A DNA stretch of 63,891 nucleotides, filler included, from Stramenopiles sp. TOSAG23-2 (lineage: Eukaryota), in NCBI GenBank assembly GCA_900128395.1. It is 37 parts of 37 records of this genome, joined end to end, with 100 filler letters (N's around TTAATTAATTAA, not from the genome) between each part and the next. Parts side by side here need not be neighbours in the genome. Positions count along the whole stretch, not along the records: positions 1 to 1,642 come from LT652557.1; positions 1,743 to 3,383 come from LT652559.1; positions 3,484 to 5,124 come from LT652560.1; positions 5,225 to 6,865 come from LT652561.1; positions 6,966 to 8,604 come from LT652562.1; positions 8,705 to 10,343 come from LT652563.1; positions 10,444 to 12,082 come from LT652564.1; positions 12,183 to 13,821 come from LT652565.1; 29 more parts are not named here. One strand, written 5' to 3'. The stretch's first letter is position 1. Each line of letters begins with the position of its first letter. Under the pieces are notes generated by a model. That model saw only the letters and a program-made list of their open reading frames with translations. It did no database searches and was not told the DNA's origin. This document shows, one piece after another, positions 1-12,588 of this stretch. The position numbers and the translations under genes were made by a program.

Positions 1-617
1 AGTTTGTGTTTAACTTTTTAATATTTTTTTTTGAAGGGCATGGTTGTTGGTAAACACGTTTTTTTCCATTTTCGTGTTTCAAAACTCTATACAGGCATAA
101 ACGATTATATGACGATTTCCGGCATAAAATTATAGATAGTGAATCGATCTAGTTTCGAAGATTATAACGTTGAAAATTTTTTGCTCCTCAGAGACATGAT
201 AATACGGAAAGAGCTTTAAAATATGTAGAAATAGCATATAAATACCATTAAAAATTATGTAAAACTAGGTACTATGTAATATTATGGTCTTTTTTATATT
301 CCTCCTGATCTTATCGAAGATGGGTCATATATTATATGATATGATATGTGTCATGGGTATCATAGAAATAAAAAAAATTACGAACGTTAGTAAAATATTA
401 TATCACACGCGTATCATACGTACGTACTTCATATCATTATAATTTTTAATGATTGCATTAATATGATATTTTATGGGACATATTATACGAATCGTAAATA
501 CTTACGAGCGCGTCGTATATGATACGAATATATTTTAAAAATAATATTAGCATTATGTCATAATTTATATATATATCATACCTAAATATATATATTATAT
601 AATATATACGGGGTATA

Positions 618-1007
618 ACAAAAAGACACAACCGCTAGATATTATTTCACATGTTTGTTTCAAGAGAAGAAAAAATTTCATCACATATTTGTTTCAATGT
701 TGTTTGTTCTACTTGAGTGTATCCTATCATATGTACACATTTTAAAGATGAATTTTCATTTTTCAACACAGTGTTAACAATTGAACTAACGCCAATACGT
801 AAAACATGTTCTACAAAAAGACACAACCGCTAGATATTATTTCACATGTTTGTTTCAAGAGAAGAAAAAATTTCATCACATATTTGTTTCAATGTTGTTT
901 GTTCTACTTGAGTGTATCCTATCATATGTACACATTTTAAAGATGAATTTTCATTTTTCAACACTGTGTTAACAATTGAACTAACGCCAATACGTAAAAC
1001 ATGTTCT
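618..1007. repeat. ~195 bp tandem duplication of the macro gene 3' end (likely assembly artefact)
   Basis: 618-812 is almost identical to 813-1007. Confidence 0.85.
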
Positions 1008-1414
1008 AATGTTTGATTCCCTTTGTAAACACCAGCAGAGATCAATGGGAAAGCCATTGATTCAATTTTATTGCCATTTTCAGCCTCCGATATTGACGAA
1101 GCATAAGCATTGTATAAAAGTTCATCCCCAATTTTATTATCTGTAATATTGTGATAATTTGGACCAACCGCATGAATTACAAAATTAGTTGGTAATTCAC
1201 CGCTGATAGTTATTTTTGCATCCCCGGTTTTAACCCTTGTGGAACCTTCTACAATTGGCATTGCTAACCTTGCATCATACAATGCCTTCCCACCTGCTTT
1301 ACTTATAGCTCCATCAACACCACCACCACCTAAATTACGATTATTTGCTGCATTGACAATTGCATTTCCTGTAAATTTACAAATATTTCCAGTTGATAAA
1401 AATAATAGGACTTG

Positions 1415-1483
<69 letters not shown>

Positions 1484-1636
1484 TGTCCCTTTTTTATTAA
1501 TAATATATTTTGCAAATGGTGTTAAACCTTGTGAAGTAAATTTTGCAATAGATTCATCCATATTATTATTATCATTCATTGTAAAATTTCTTATATATTG
1601 TTTACGTACGATAATTTTCGATGTTTTATTTCCCAT
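842..1636 (-). CDS. Macro domain protein (MacroD-type ADP-ribose hydrolase) with N-terminal poly-Asn
   Basis: Motifs GNICKF..AIVNAAN..LGGGGVDGAI.KAGG, VIHAVGP and AFPLISAGVY. Start codon uncertain. Confidence 0.9.
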
Positions 1637-1642
1637 TTATTT

Positions 1643-1742
1643 NNNNNNNNNNNNNNNNNNNNNNNNNNNNNNNNNNNNNNNNNNNNTTAATTAATTAANN
1701 NNNNNNNNNNNNNNNNNNNNNNNNNNNNNNNNNNNNNNNNNN
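1643..1742. other. Artificial contig spacer N44-TTAATTAATTAA-N44 (first of 36; recurs about every 1.72-1.74 kb to 62273)
   Basis: The same 100-nt spacer with stops in all six frames separates 37 contigs of decreasing length (1642 to 1618 nt). Confidence 0.99.
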
Positions 1743-2174
1743 TTGTATATGTATTACTCATTCATACATGTATATCTATATATATATATAATTTAGTACT
1801 AATGCAATGGTAAATAGTGTGATAGATCATCATGGCCTTTTCAAATATAAAAAATACTCATTCAAAATCAAAAATGAGATGATTATACATTACACAGCAT
1901 CATATAGCATCGGGAAAATTATAAAATAGATGAAGAATACAAAAAAGGTACTTTAATAATGTGCCTATATATATAGTAGTATAGTATATTATAGTATATT
2001 TAGAATATTATTCATTACCAATGGATAGACCTATCTTTACAACTAAATGGGAACATAATTGTGTATCCTTCTTTCCAACACACAATATCCTGTCAACGTG
2101 CAAAATACAAGTCTCTGACACATTCAAGTCCAAAGGTATATATAGTCCTGCAAATACACCATACTGTTGCTTTT

Positions 2175-2430
2175 TCAATTTGAAACATCCAAATTTGGCT
2201 TCAAATGCAAGTGGACTCGCTCATTTTCTTTTTTATATGCTGCACCAGCATGTATAAAATCTCCTCTAAATATAATGCATTCTCCTTTGCTCAATGCAAA
2301 TGTATTTAATACAACTACTCTCAATTGATGAAATGGCAAAATGTAACACTCACCACAGGCATATCCAGACATTGTGAAATCTTTTCAGGTTTGGATGTTT
2401 GTGTATCGCTATGCACTCCAATCTTCTTGT
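2175..2430 (-). pseudogene. 2OG-Fe(II)/PhyH-like dioxygenase fragment, frameshifted
   Basis: VHSDT (HxD) in one frame, then GECIIFRGDFIHAGAAY..NERVH (distal His plus Arg) in another frame. Confidence 0.5.
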
Positions 2431-2449
2431 TTATAATGAAGAAGAAAAC

Positions 2450-2670
2450 GATGAAGAAGGCACAACTAGTGGTTATGGGATTTAGACAAATATGGGGATC
2501 TGAATACAAAGAAACATATGCGCCTGTAGCACATGAAGCCACAATAAAATTTGTATTAGCACATGCAGCAGTACATAATCATGACTGTGTATGTCTAGAT
2601 TACCATGGTGCATTTGTACATTCACTGATGCCAGACAAATTCAAGGTGTACATAGAGACACCGTATAATT
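2450..2670 (+). mobile_element. Ty1/copia reverse transcriptase (RVT_2) fragment, degenerate
   Basis: KAQLVVMGFRQIWGSEYKETYAPVA..TIKFVLAHAA..LDYHGAFVHS..VYIETP matches the copia pattern KARLVA.GF.Q..G.DY.ETFAPV..D...AFL...VY...P. Confidence 0.8.
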
Positions 2671-2698
2671 GGTTCAATCAGTTGCTTTTTTTTTTTAA

Positions 2699-3095
2699 CA
2701 TCATTTAGTGTAAAATAAAGTTCCAATATAAGTTTAATCAATTCCTTTTTTTTTTTTTCACATCATTTAGTGTAAAATAAAGTTCCAATATAAGTTNNNN
2801 NNNNNNNNNNNNNNNNNNNNNNNNNNNNNNNNNNNNNNNNNNNNNNNNNNNNNNNNNNNNNNNNNNNNNNNNNTTTTTTTTTTTTTTTTCACATCATTTA
2901 GTGTAAAATAAAGTTCCAATATAAGTTTAATCAATTCTTTTTTTTTATTTCACAACAGTTAGTGAAAAATAAAAGCACGATAGTAGTAAATCATTTCACA
3001 ACAGTTAGTGAAAAATAAAAGCACTATAGTCGTAAATCATTTCCTTTTTTTCTTTTTCTTTTTTTTCACAACAGTTAGTTTAAAATAAAAGCACG
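2699..3095. repeat. Degenerate tandem repeats of ~35-65 bp units (CATCATTTAGTGTAAAATAAAG / CACAACAGTTAGTGAAAAATAAAAGCAC) around an internal gap
   Basis: About six related units separated by T-runs. Confidence 0.75.
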
Positions 3096-3483
3096 AAATA
3101 AAAATATGTCGTCAATCGAGTTTGCATGCTGCATAAAAGTTTGTACGGAACAAAGAATGCTGGTATGCTTTAGTCGAGTGCCTCGCCGCTTTGCTAATGC
3201 CTGGAATGCAAAGCGGCGGTTTGTCTGCTGTGTCCATGTCCTAATGCTATACCTATAATATACTATACAGTAATATTATATTCTTCAACATCACTAATCA
3301 TCATCATCACCAACCATTTTTTTTAACCAATTTCCGAATAATCAATAATCGAACAAAAAGAAAATGATATATTAGAAGAAAGANNNNNNNNNNNNNNNNN
3401 NNNNNNNNNNNNNNNNNNNNNNNNNNNTTAATTAATTAANNNNNNNNNNNNNNNNNNNNNNNNNNNNNNNNNNNNNNNNNNNN

Positions 3484-5124
3484 TAAGTGGTGAATTGATG
3501 TTTAGTACAGGTACTACATCATGTGGATCATCTGGATCGATATCAATCGGTACTGGTTCGGCATGCAATGGTAAAGGTGGTGATATTACAATGAGTCATT
3601 TACGTTTTGGTCCATCTCCACACATGCCTGAATACGAAATTCAACAAGGTGCGGATTATATTGCTTGCGGTAACACTAGTTATGTAAGAAAATTCGATAT
3701 GATTAAAACCATTAAAAATGGTGGAGTTTTCGTTTTAAATACGCCATGGGACGTAGCTCAGTTGGAGGAGGAATTGCCTTTAAAAATGAAGAAAACGATT
3801 GCTGAGAGGAATTTGGAATTTTACACCATTGATGCTACCAAAGTTGCAAAGGAAATTGGTCTCGGACAACGTATTAATACGGTAATGCAAGCTGTATTTT
3901 ACCATTTATCCGGTGTTTTGCCAAAAGAAGAGGCAGTTCAACTTTTAAAAGATGATATTGTCAAATTGTATACGAAAAAAGGACCTGATGTTGTTGCGAT
4001 GAACCATAAAGCAGTTGATAGTGCAGTTGGTGCGTTGACCAAATACCCTGTGCCTGCAGCTTGGAATGATATCACACCTGATATGTATGAAATTAGCTAT
4101 GGTAGTGGAGTTGCAACGCCAAATGTTCCTACAAGTGAAACCAGCGGAATTGCCATGCCAGTCCTTGGAGATAGGTTGGATAAAGGAAAGGTTCCGTTTG
4201 ATGATCCTACTACGTTTGTAGAAGAGATTATGGACCCCGTATTGGCATTAGAAGGCGATGCTTTGCCAGTTAGTACATTCACCCCTGGTGGATATATGCC
4301 TGCAGCAACTACTCAATTTGAAAAACGTGGTATTGCGCCAGAAGTACCTGTTTGGATCGCAGATAATTGTACTCAATGCAATTATTGTGCAATTGTCTGC
4401 CCACATGCTGTTATTCGCCCGTTCCTTTTCGATAAACAAGCTCAAGGTATGAAACCAGATAATTTTGTCATGAAAAAAGCGCAAGGTGGAGCGGAGTTGG
4501 CTGGTTATCAATATTCCATCAATTTAGCAACAATGGATTGTACTGGATGTGCAGTTTGTGTAGAATCGTGTCCAGATGAAGCGTTATATATGGCAGATTT
4601 TGTTGAAAATGCACCAGCTGAAGTTGAAAACTGGGAATTTGCATTGAAACATGGTAGCAAAGACAACCCAACTGATAAATTTACAGTAAAAGGCTCTCAG
4701 TTTGAAACACCATTGATGGAATTTAGTGGAGCATGTGCAGGATGTGGAGAAACTCCATATGTCAAGTTAATGACACAATTATTTGGCAATCGTATGATGA
4801 TTGCAAATGCATCTGGATGCAGTTCCGTATGGGGTGGTACGTCTACCACGAACCCGTACACCGTTGACGAAGAAGGCCGAGGTCCAGCTTGGGGTCGTTC
4901 ATTATTCGAGGACAATGCTGAATATGGTTTGGGTATGGCAATTGCTTCCTTACAACGCCGTAAACAACTCCGAGAGAAAATACAAGGCATTGTAGATGGG
5001 GAAACAGAGGTTAGCGATGCGTTAAGAAAAGAATTTGATGCATGGTTGAAGCATTATGATAATGCTGAAAAAAGCGACCAAGCATTCAAGCGTATTATCC
5101 CAATCCTTGAAGAGGAAAAAGATG
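3484..5124 (+). CDS. PFO: Pyruvate:ferredoxin oxidoreductase / pyruvate:NADP+ oxidoreductase, internal fragment (first ~35 aa probably chimeric)
   Basis: TMSHLRFG; two 4Fe-4S motifs CTQCNYCAIVCP and CTGCAVCVESCP; FSGACAGCGETPYVKL, ANASGCSSVWGG and WGRSLFEDNAEYGLG. Confidence 0.96.
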
Positions 5125-5805
5125 NNNNNNNNNNNNNNNNNNNNNNNNNNNNNNNNNNNNNNNNNNNNTTAATTAATTAANNNNNNNNNNNNNNNNNNNN
5201 NNNNNNNNNNNNNNNNNNNNNNNNTGAACACACTAGCTGTTGTACGTCCTTTTGTCGATATAGCAGCTCCCATTATATTAAATTAATAATTAATGATAAT
5301 AATATATATAATATTCTATATTATTATATCTATATATTAATATTTCTTTGTTTTTTCTTGTACTTTTACTTTTCGATTTTCAAGGAACAAGAATATATAT
5401 CTAATGACTTATCTTTCTTTTATAATATATTTCAACTTGTATTCTTTTCTACATCAACAACAGCTTCATCACAATCGATCATTCTTCGCGAACTTTTATA
5501 AGTACCTGTGTGGTATTGGAAGTACTTTTATTATTATTGAAGGGGATTTATTTGTGGTGATAGTGTCGGACAAACTATGGTAAAAGATATAGAATAAAAA
5601 TTATATTGAAGGACATTTTAAATGATTATTAGTAGTTATATATATATGATTTATTTTGAATAGAGAAGCGGATATTTTAATATTAAAACTGTACATTTTG
5701 GTAATATTAGTACAATAATAAAATATGATCTATCAACTTCAACAACATTTTTTACCACCAGGTTCAGTATTTTTAAAATTTTATGATTTAGATTGTGATG
5801 AAATA

Positions 5806-6324
5806 TTAGAAAAGATATTCATTTGGTGCCAATAACTTTTCTAAAATGATCCCACCAAAAAAACCAACAAGAATTTGTAAAATAGTATGTGCACCATTTG
5901 GTGTTGCAGCAATGTACGTAGTCACTTGTTTCGGTGGTAATCGAGATAATGCAACCACAATTGCCAAAAAAATTCCAACCAATTTTGCATATACATTAAC
6001 TACGCCAGTTTTTGTGGATAATATAAATACAGCAAAAAAACAACCAGCCGTCCATGAATGTCCACTTGGCATTCCACTTCGTTTGTCTTCATGTGATGGT
6101 CTATCCCACATACCACAATGTATCGCATTTTTAGGCCTTCCACACAAACCTGGACCAAATACAGTAATTGCAAAATATTTACATAAATATAATATAGTTA
6201 TATGTGTAACACCTCTACTAAACATCCATAATTTCCTATCATTTTCTTCTTGTATGAAACATATTAAAAATAACAATGGTGTTGCAAGCCTTAACAAGGC
6301 TTTGTAAAATACCATATATCTCAA
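5806..6324 (-). CDS. PAP2 superfamily lipid/dolichyl-pyrophosphate phosphatase-like membrane protein
   Basis: C1 K..GRP, C2 MPSGH, C3 SRL...GAHTILQI..G motifs with hydrophobic helices. Confidence 0.85.
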   Translation of the reverse strand: MRYMVFYKALLRLATPLLFLICFIQEENDRKLWMFSRGVTHITILYLCKYFAITVFGPGLCGRPKNAIHCGMWDRPSHEDKRSGMPSGHSWTAGCFFAVFILSTKTGVVNVYAKLVGIFLAIVVALSRLPPKQVTTYIAATPNGAHTILQILVGFFGGIILEKLLAPNEYLF

Positions 6325-7797
6325 CTGTCTTTCTTATATTTATTTCCATGTATATCTATGATAATTCTTGTCTATTCTATTTTCTTCTTATAATTGATTA
6401 TATTATATATTATATCACAGAGACTGTACATACATGTATTTTTGCTTCTTTGCACCCGTTTCTGTTTTAATTTTTTCAATCATCTGAGCAGCCAGAGAGG
6501 CCGCCTTATGATCATATGATGGTATATTAATAAGTATAAATTCCTATATGTAATTTATGTATTTGTTCATTTTTACATTAAAAAATACAATAGTGTATCG
6601 TTTTATTTTATATTTTTTATGCGTTTTCGTTGCTTTTCTGTCGTCCCAAAAAACATAGAATTGTTGAGGGGAAAATTATTATGTGTAAATGGAAATGTCA
6701 AATATAAACAATATATTGTGTATATAATTTGAATGTCTAAATATTTTTTATGTATATATATGCCATGTCGTCTTTATCATCACCACCATCATCATCGTTT
6801 TCTTCTATGTTTTGTTTGAGAAAAAAAAGACAAAGAAATAATTTTTTTCAATGTTATTATCTAAANNNNNNNNNNNNNNNNNNNNNNNNNNNNNNNNNNN
6901 NNNNNNNNNTTAATTAATTAANNNNNNNNNNNNNNNNNNNNNNNNNNNNNNNNNNNNNNNNNNNNTTCCATAAAATATTTAGTACTATTTACTATTGTTT
7001 TTATAGTCGTTAGAGAGGAGAGGAGAGAGGCTAACCAGCTAATATTCGCAAATTTTTTTCTCTCTGAATGTGCGAATCAACAGACGAGGCCACGAGGCGA
7101 CGTTAGAACGTGCAGAGAGAAAAATCAACTTCTCTCTGGAATCAACGAAAAAACAGATTTTTATTTTACCTTAATTAGATTAATGTACCTCTTGATCTCT
7201 TCATTTTGCTTTTTGTTGATTTTGGATGAGTTTTGAGTTTTTGTTTGTTTGTTTAAGGGGAGGGAGACCAGGCATGTGTTCAGAGAGCTGGGAGGCGATA
7301 AACGATCGTGCCCAATGGTAATGTTGATTACAAAATTCTATGAGTTTCCTAGGTAAAATTGGTAGTGTTATTTTGTACTTTCAAATGCAGTATTATACCT
7401 TAATAACCTGAGCGAGAGAATGATGAAAAAAAAGTGATCATAAAAAATTGCACTTTTTTTTACTAATAATTTTTATTATTATTTTTTCAACAATTATACG
7501 TGCTACCAGGTACAGTATACGTGCATAGCGCCAGCATACCAATACCAAGAAAAAAATCAATTTTAGAATTATAGAAAATCATAGACGTATTATATTATCT
7601 CTTTTTTTTTTTTTTTGTAAAAATTTCTATCCGAAAGATACTTTCAATTTCACACTGTTATAAATGAAAAGTGATTAGTATAATATTACAACCTTGCCAA
7701 TATACATATATCTATATATCTTCCATTTGTAAAAAAAAAAAAATCGCCATTCATCGACTCATTTAAGTTAATATATAGAATCTTAAATCAAAATAAA

Positions 7798-8235
7798 ATG
7801 CCATTGAAAGATGTGAAGCTTGGTGAAAATGTTAAAATACCATATGATAATTTAGTGAATTTATACGGGTGTGAAATTGGTCCGAATTGTTTTATAGGCC
7901 CTTTCGTTGAAATCCAAAAAAATGTTAAAATTGGTGAGAAATCACGTATACAATCGCATAGTTTTATATGTGAAGGGGTAGAAATTGGTTCAAATACATT
8001 TATTGGCCATGGTGTTATGTTTACAAACGATTTATTTGATTCAGATAATATTGAAAATTTTATATTAAGAAAAACAATTATTGGTGATAATGTTCGAATG
8101 GGTAGTAATGCGACTATTTTACCTGTGAAAATAGGTGATGGTGCAATTATTGGTGCTGGATGCGTTGTGACAAAAGATGTCCCCGCTGGTGTAACTGTTG
8201 TTGGTAATCCTAGTAGAATACTTGAAAAGGCATAA
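7798..8235 (+). CDS. Left-handed beta-helix (hexapeptide) N-acetyltransferase, WbpD/WxcM-like
   Basis: Hexapeptide repeats, NLYGCEIG..CFIGPFVEIQK, GHGVMFTND and IGAGCVVTKDVP..VVGNPSR. Complete and intronless. Confidence 0.92.
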   Translation: MPLKDVKLGENVKIPYDNLVNLYGCEIGPNCFIGPFVEIQKNVKIGEKSRIQSHSFICEGVEIGSNTFIGHGVMFTNDLFDSDNIENFILRKTIIGDNVRMGSNATILPVKIGDGAIIGAGCVVTKDVPAGVTVVGNPSRILEKA

Positions 8236-8704
8236 TATTAAAAAAAAATATGATATCATAATGATATATTAATAAAAAGTAAAATATATTTTTTAATATC
8301 ATAATATATACTCGTACGTACGAAGTATATAAAAATAATTCTCTTACTCTATATATATGATAATTGATGTCACATTAAATCTACGTAAAGTATGATATGA
8401 TATGACACATGTACAAAACTAAAAATCAAAAAGATGACCAGGTAGTGTGTTTTAAATAAAAAATAATTTCGTGTTGTCTCTTTTTCTTTTTTAAATATAT
8501 ATATATATATATATTTAAAATATAAAAAATATAACACACCTTCGTCCCTTGTAATTACTCAACTTGTATTCACTTGAATTTTTGTGCCAGGTCCAGCTCC
8601 AAGTNNNNNNNNNNNNNNNNNNNNNNNNNNNNNNNNNNNNNNNNNNNNTTAATTAATTAANNNNNNNNNNNNNNNNNNNNNNNNNNNNNNNNNNNNNNNN
8701 NNNN

Positions 8705-10221
8705 AAAAGTGAAGATTGGGAGTCGAATTTAAAACGTTTAAGGAAACTATTAAAATTAACTGAAAATCGTTTTTGTGCGGACTGCGGTGTTAAAGGTCCA
8801 CGATGGGCAAGTGTCAACTTGGGCATCTTCATTTGCATCAAATGCAGCGGTATACATCGTAACTTAGGGGTACATCTCTCGCAAGTACGTAGCGTTAGCT
8901 TAGACAAATGGCCATTAGCAAACGTGAAAAACATGGAAAAATGGGGTAATAAACGAGCACGTGAATTATATGAAGCAAATGTTCCAAAAGATGTTTACAT
9001 ACCAGATGAAAACGATAGTGCACAAATATTAGAACGTTGGATACGTGATAAATATGAGCGTAAAAAATATACTTCTAGTAGTGGAAAAGGTAGTAAAAAA
9101 TCGAAAAAAGACAAGAAAGAAAAGAAAGAGAAAAAAGAAAAGAAAGAAAAAAAATCGAAAAAGAATAAAGAGAAAGATAATAATATACGATTTGATGATG
9201 AGGATGTGAATAATAATGATGCATTTGGTAGTTTTGATAATAATAGTAATGATGCATCATTATCTAAAAAATCAAAAAAAGAAAAGAAAGAAAAAAAATC
9301 AAAGAAAAAAAATAAAGCAATTAGTAGTAGTAGTAACAACAACAATAATTATAATACAACAGATGATTTATTAGGTTTTGATATGGGAAGTAGTAATAAT
9401 AGTAGTAGTAGTAATAACACAAACAACAACAATAATAATTCAAATAATTCATCAATGACCGATGCATTTAATACAATGTCCATGATGGATTCAACCAATA
9501 ACAATAACAGCAATAGTAATAATAGTACCAGCACTACTACTACTACTACTACTACTACTACCAACAACAACAACAATGCTTCAAATGATTTTGATGAATT
9601 TCAAGATTTTCAAGATTCAAATAAATCACATGCTGATAAAAAAACAGATATTATGGCATTGTTTCAACAACCGCAACAGCAACAGCAACAATATAATCAA
9701 CCGCAACAATATGGATATGGAATGCAACAGCAAACGCAACAATATGGTATGGCACAAAACAATATGATGAACGCACAAGCACAAGGATATGGAATGAACA
9801 ATGTGAATGTGAATCAACAAGCGTACCAACAACAAATCATGGTGCAACAACAACATGCTGCTGCACAACAGTAAGTAATCATATTACCTCCCTCTTGTAA
9901 CAATGCAATGCAATATACTAACTTTTTTACATACGGTATGCACTCATGTACATTTGTAATATAATTAACAGACAACAATACAATATGCAACAACAACAAT
10001 ATGGTAATGCACAACGTTATAATAATGGTGGACAAAACCGTATGATGAATACCCAACAACAATTTAATGGTGGTGGTGTTAGTTTCATGCAACAAGCAAA
10101 CAACTACAATAGCAATAACAATAATAACATGAATCGTAACCCCAACAATAACAATAACAATTTGATGAATAACAATCGTCAACAAAATAATAATAATAAT
10201 AATGGTGGTTGGTCCATGTAA
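8705..10221 (+). CDS. ArfGAP (SMAP1/2-like), 5'-truncated; exons 8705-9870 and 9972-10221
   Basis: NRFCADC..GPRWASVNLGIFICIKCSGIHRNLGVHLSQVRSVSLDKW zinc finger. A phase-2 intron (GTAAGT...TACTAAC...CAG) joins the frame to the Q/N-rich ORF ending at 10221. Confidence 0.93.
9871..9971 (+). other. Spliceosomal intron, 101 nt
   Basis: GTAAGT donor, TACTAAC at 9916-9922, AACAG acceptor; removal restores the reading frame. Confidence 0.88.
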
Positions 10222-10908
10222 AAATATGTATCACCTGCATTTTTTTACAGTAAAAATACCTCGCGCGTGGTGTTGTCTAATTTTATATGTATACTTTCAG
10301 GGAAATGTGTGTGTATAAAGAGACAACCTACACTAGATTAAGANNNNNNNNNNNNNNNNNNNNNNNNNNNNNNNNNNNNNNNNNNNNTTAATTAATTAAN
10401 NNNNNNNNNNNNNNNNNNNNNNNNNNNNNNNNNNNNNNNNNNNAATAAATTGTACCAGGGTACAAATCATTATACGACTCACCAAATGCACATTTTAAAG
10501 CAAAACGATTATTATAGGCGCAAGTTTTAATAATCGCGGTTTGTATATCTCTACACGTAGAAATAATTTTATATATATATATTTACCACGGGAAGTAAAA
10601 TTATTATATAACTTTAGATTTTATGAACATTATATATTATAATATAAATATATATAATATATGAGTATGCATAAGAGAACATTTTATATATATAATATAT
10701 ATATATACAATATATGTTTTATATAACATATGAGTAAGAGAAAAACACATATATATATGTATTAATGATATCTAAAAAGTACATCTATCTTTTATATTAT
10801 ATTTTAATATATATATTAATACACACACACACACATACACGCTTCGTACTATGGTTTTTCTTGCGTCCCAACACCATATACACAAACTCCCCTCCCTCCC
10901 CTTTTCCC

Positions 10909-11868
10909 TCATCTTTTTGAGCTACCATTAGTAGTAGCACCAGGTGGTGGGAAAAAGATTGCATTAATTTTTCTGATTATTTCAATTGGTATTTTAATTT
11001 TATTCCTCATCTCTGGAAATGCATGAATTAACATATCATCTTTTATATTCCATCTCATTGCTTCATGACCTGCACGTTGTCCTTTTACATAAATTTCATC
11101 TCCGCTTTTTAAAGAGAGCCAGGCTGGATAATATTTATGACTAGAGCTAGCCTTTGCATTTTGCCATCTTGAATATGTTTCCCAAAAATGTATTTCTGTG
11201 TCATTATATTTATTATTACGATTATGTACATGATTAACAATTTGTGCAAGACGAAAAATACGATTGCTGCCATCAGTTGGCAATGGTTTTATAATCACGA
11301 AAGATTTTAATGGCAAGGTCTCCAATTTTGGTAATGGTGGTGGTGGAGGGGGTAATTTTGGTTTTGGAATTGGTTTTGGTTCAATTGTTTCCACTTTGTT
11401 TTTCTTTTTAGAAATAAATTTGTTTGATTTATTATTATTACTATTGCCACCACCTCGTTTTCGTTTTTTTGAATTATTATTTTTATTATTTGATTTTTTT
11501 TCAACTTCATCTTCTTCTTCCTCCTCCTCCTCCTCATCTTCCTCTTCAGACGATGACGAAGAAGAAGACGACGACGATTCATCAGAATCTTCGCTAGCAG
11601 ATATTTCTGATGATGATGCTTCCTCTTCCTCTGATTCCTCCTCTCCCTCGTCTTCTGATTCCTCTAGTTCTTCTTCCTCTGATTCTACTTTTTTACCTAA
11701 CGATAGTTCTGTAAAATTTTCGACATCATATTTTCTTAAAAATTTTTTGACTACACGACTATTCCAACTGACTTTGAGTTTGACCTCTGCTACAGGGCCT
11801 GCTGTTGTAGTTGTGGTTGTTGTTGTTGATCCTGCACTATTACTTTCTTGACTCATCATTCTTTTCAT
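10909..11868 (-). CDS. Hypothetical nuclear protein (acidic E/S tract, basic NLS-like segment, Pro-rich linker, small C-terminal globular domain)
   Basis: 319-aa ORF; no family recognised. Confidence 0.6.
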   Translation of the reverse strand: MKRMMSQESNSAGSTTTTTTTTAGPVAEVKLKVSWNSRVVKKFLRKYDVENFTELSLGKKVESEEEELEESEDEGEEESEEEEASSSEISASEDSDESSSSSSSSSSEEEDEEEEEEEEDEVEKKSNNKNNNSKKRKRGGGNSNNNKSNKFISKKKNKVETIEPKPIPKPKLPPPPPPLPKLETLPLKSFVIIKPLPTDGSNRIFRLAQIVNHVHNRNNKYNDTEIHFWETYSRWQNAKASSSHKYYPAWLSLKSGDEIYVKGQRAGHEAMRWNIKDDMLIHAFPEMRNKIKIPIEIIRKINAIFFPPPGATTNGSSKR

Positions 11869-12237
11869 CTATCTATATATCTATATATCTATCAACCATA
11901 TTATGCATTGAAAATAATATAAGTCGTCTTTTGTTATGATATTAATAATAATGGTAATACATATATATACCAATACCAATATCATCTGATTATTCATTAT
12001 TGTGCTATTATTATTCCTTGTAAATAAGACGGATGAAACTCTCCTAAAAACAGGCGTGGTCTAATTAGTACAGATTTAGTATNNNNNNNNNNNNNNNNNN
12101 NNNNNNNNNNNNNNNNNNNNNNNNNNTTAATTAATTAANNNNNNNNNNNNNNNNNNNNNNNNNNNNNNNNNNNNNNNNNNNNATCATTACTATTAGTAGT
12201 ATCATTATTATTGTTATGATCTGATAAAAATTGATTT

Positions 12238-12588
12238 GGTAATGAATATTCAAATGGATCAGAACCTGTAGCAACTGCTAAATGAAAATTTGGTTCCAAT
12301 GCCAACGCTGAAGCAAGTGCAATGAAATCTGCAGATGCTGCATGTATATATTTCCCCAATTCATTTTTTGGTAATCCTGCACCACAATGGCAAGCACTCA
12401 TTGTATGATCCATATCAAATACAATACATTTAATATTATTCTTTTTTAAAAATGTAATAAATTGTTGAATCCATATGTTGTTGTTCTGATTTTTCTTCTT
12501 TTTTTTCTCTTCTTGTTTATTTTTATTATTATTTCGCATTAATGTATATATAAAACCAGTTGCAGCAGTAATTATATATTCCATCATA
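12238..12588 (-). CDS. HAD-superfamily hydrolase, 3'-truncated
   Basis: IKCIVFDMDHT (DxDxT motif I) and LAVATGS (motif II). The last ~18 aa come from a fold-back artefact. Confidence 0.7.

Noticed and set aside
3484-3590. Novel Gly/Ser/Thr-rich domain fused to PFOR
   Set aside because: The join falls at GG.IT microhomology in the middle of PFOR domain III, where KSGG.T is expected. Most likely a contig-start chimera.
8995-11851. Antisense ORFs rich in poly-Leu/Ile/Ser/Val (also 1330, 5846, 21644, 43595)
   Set aside because: They are shadows of low-complexity or real coding sequence on the opposite strand or in another frame.
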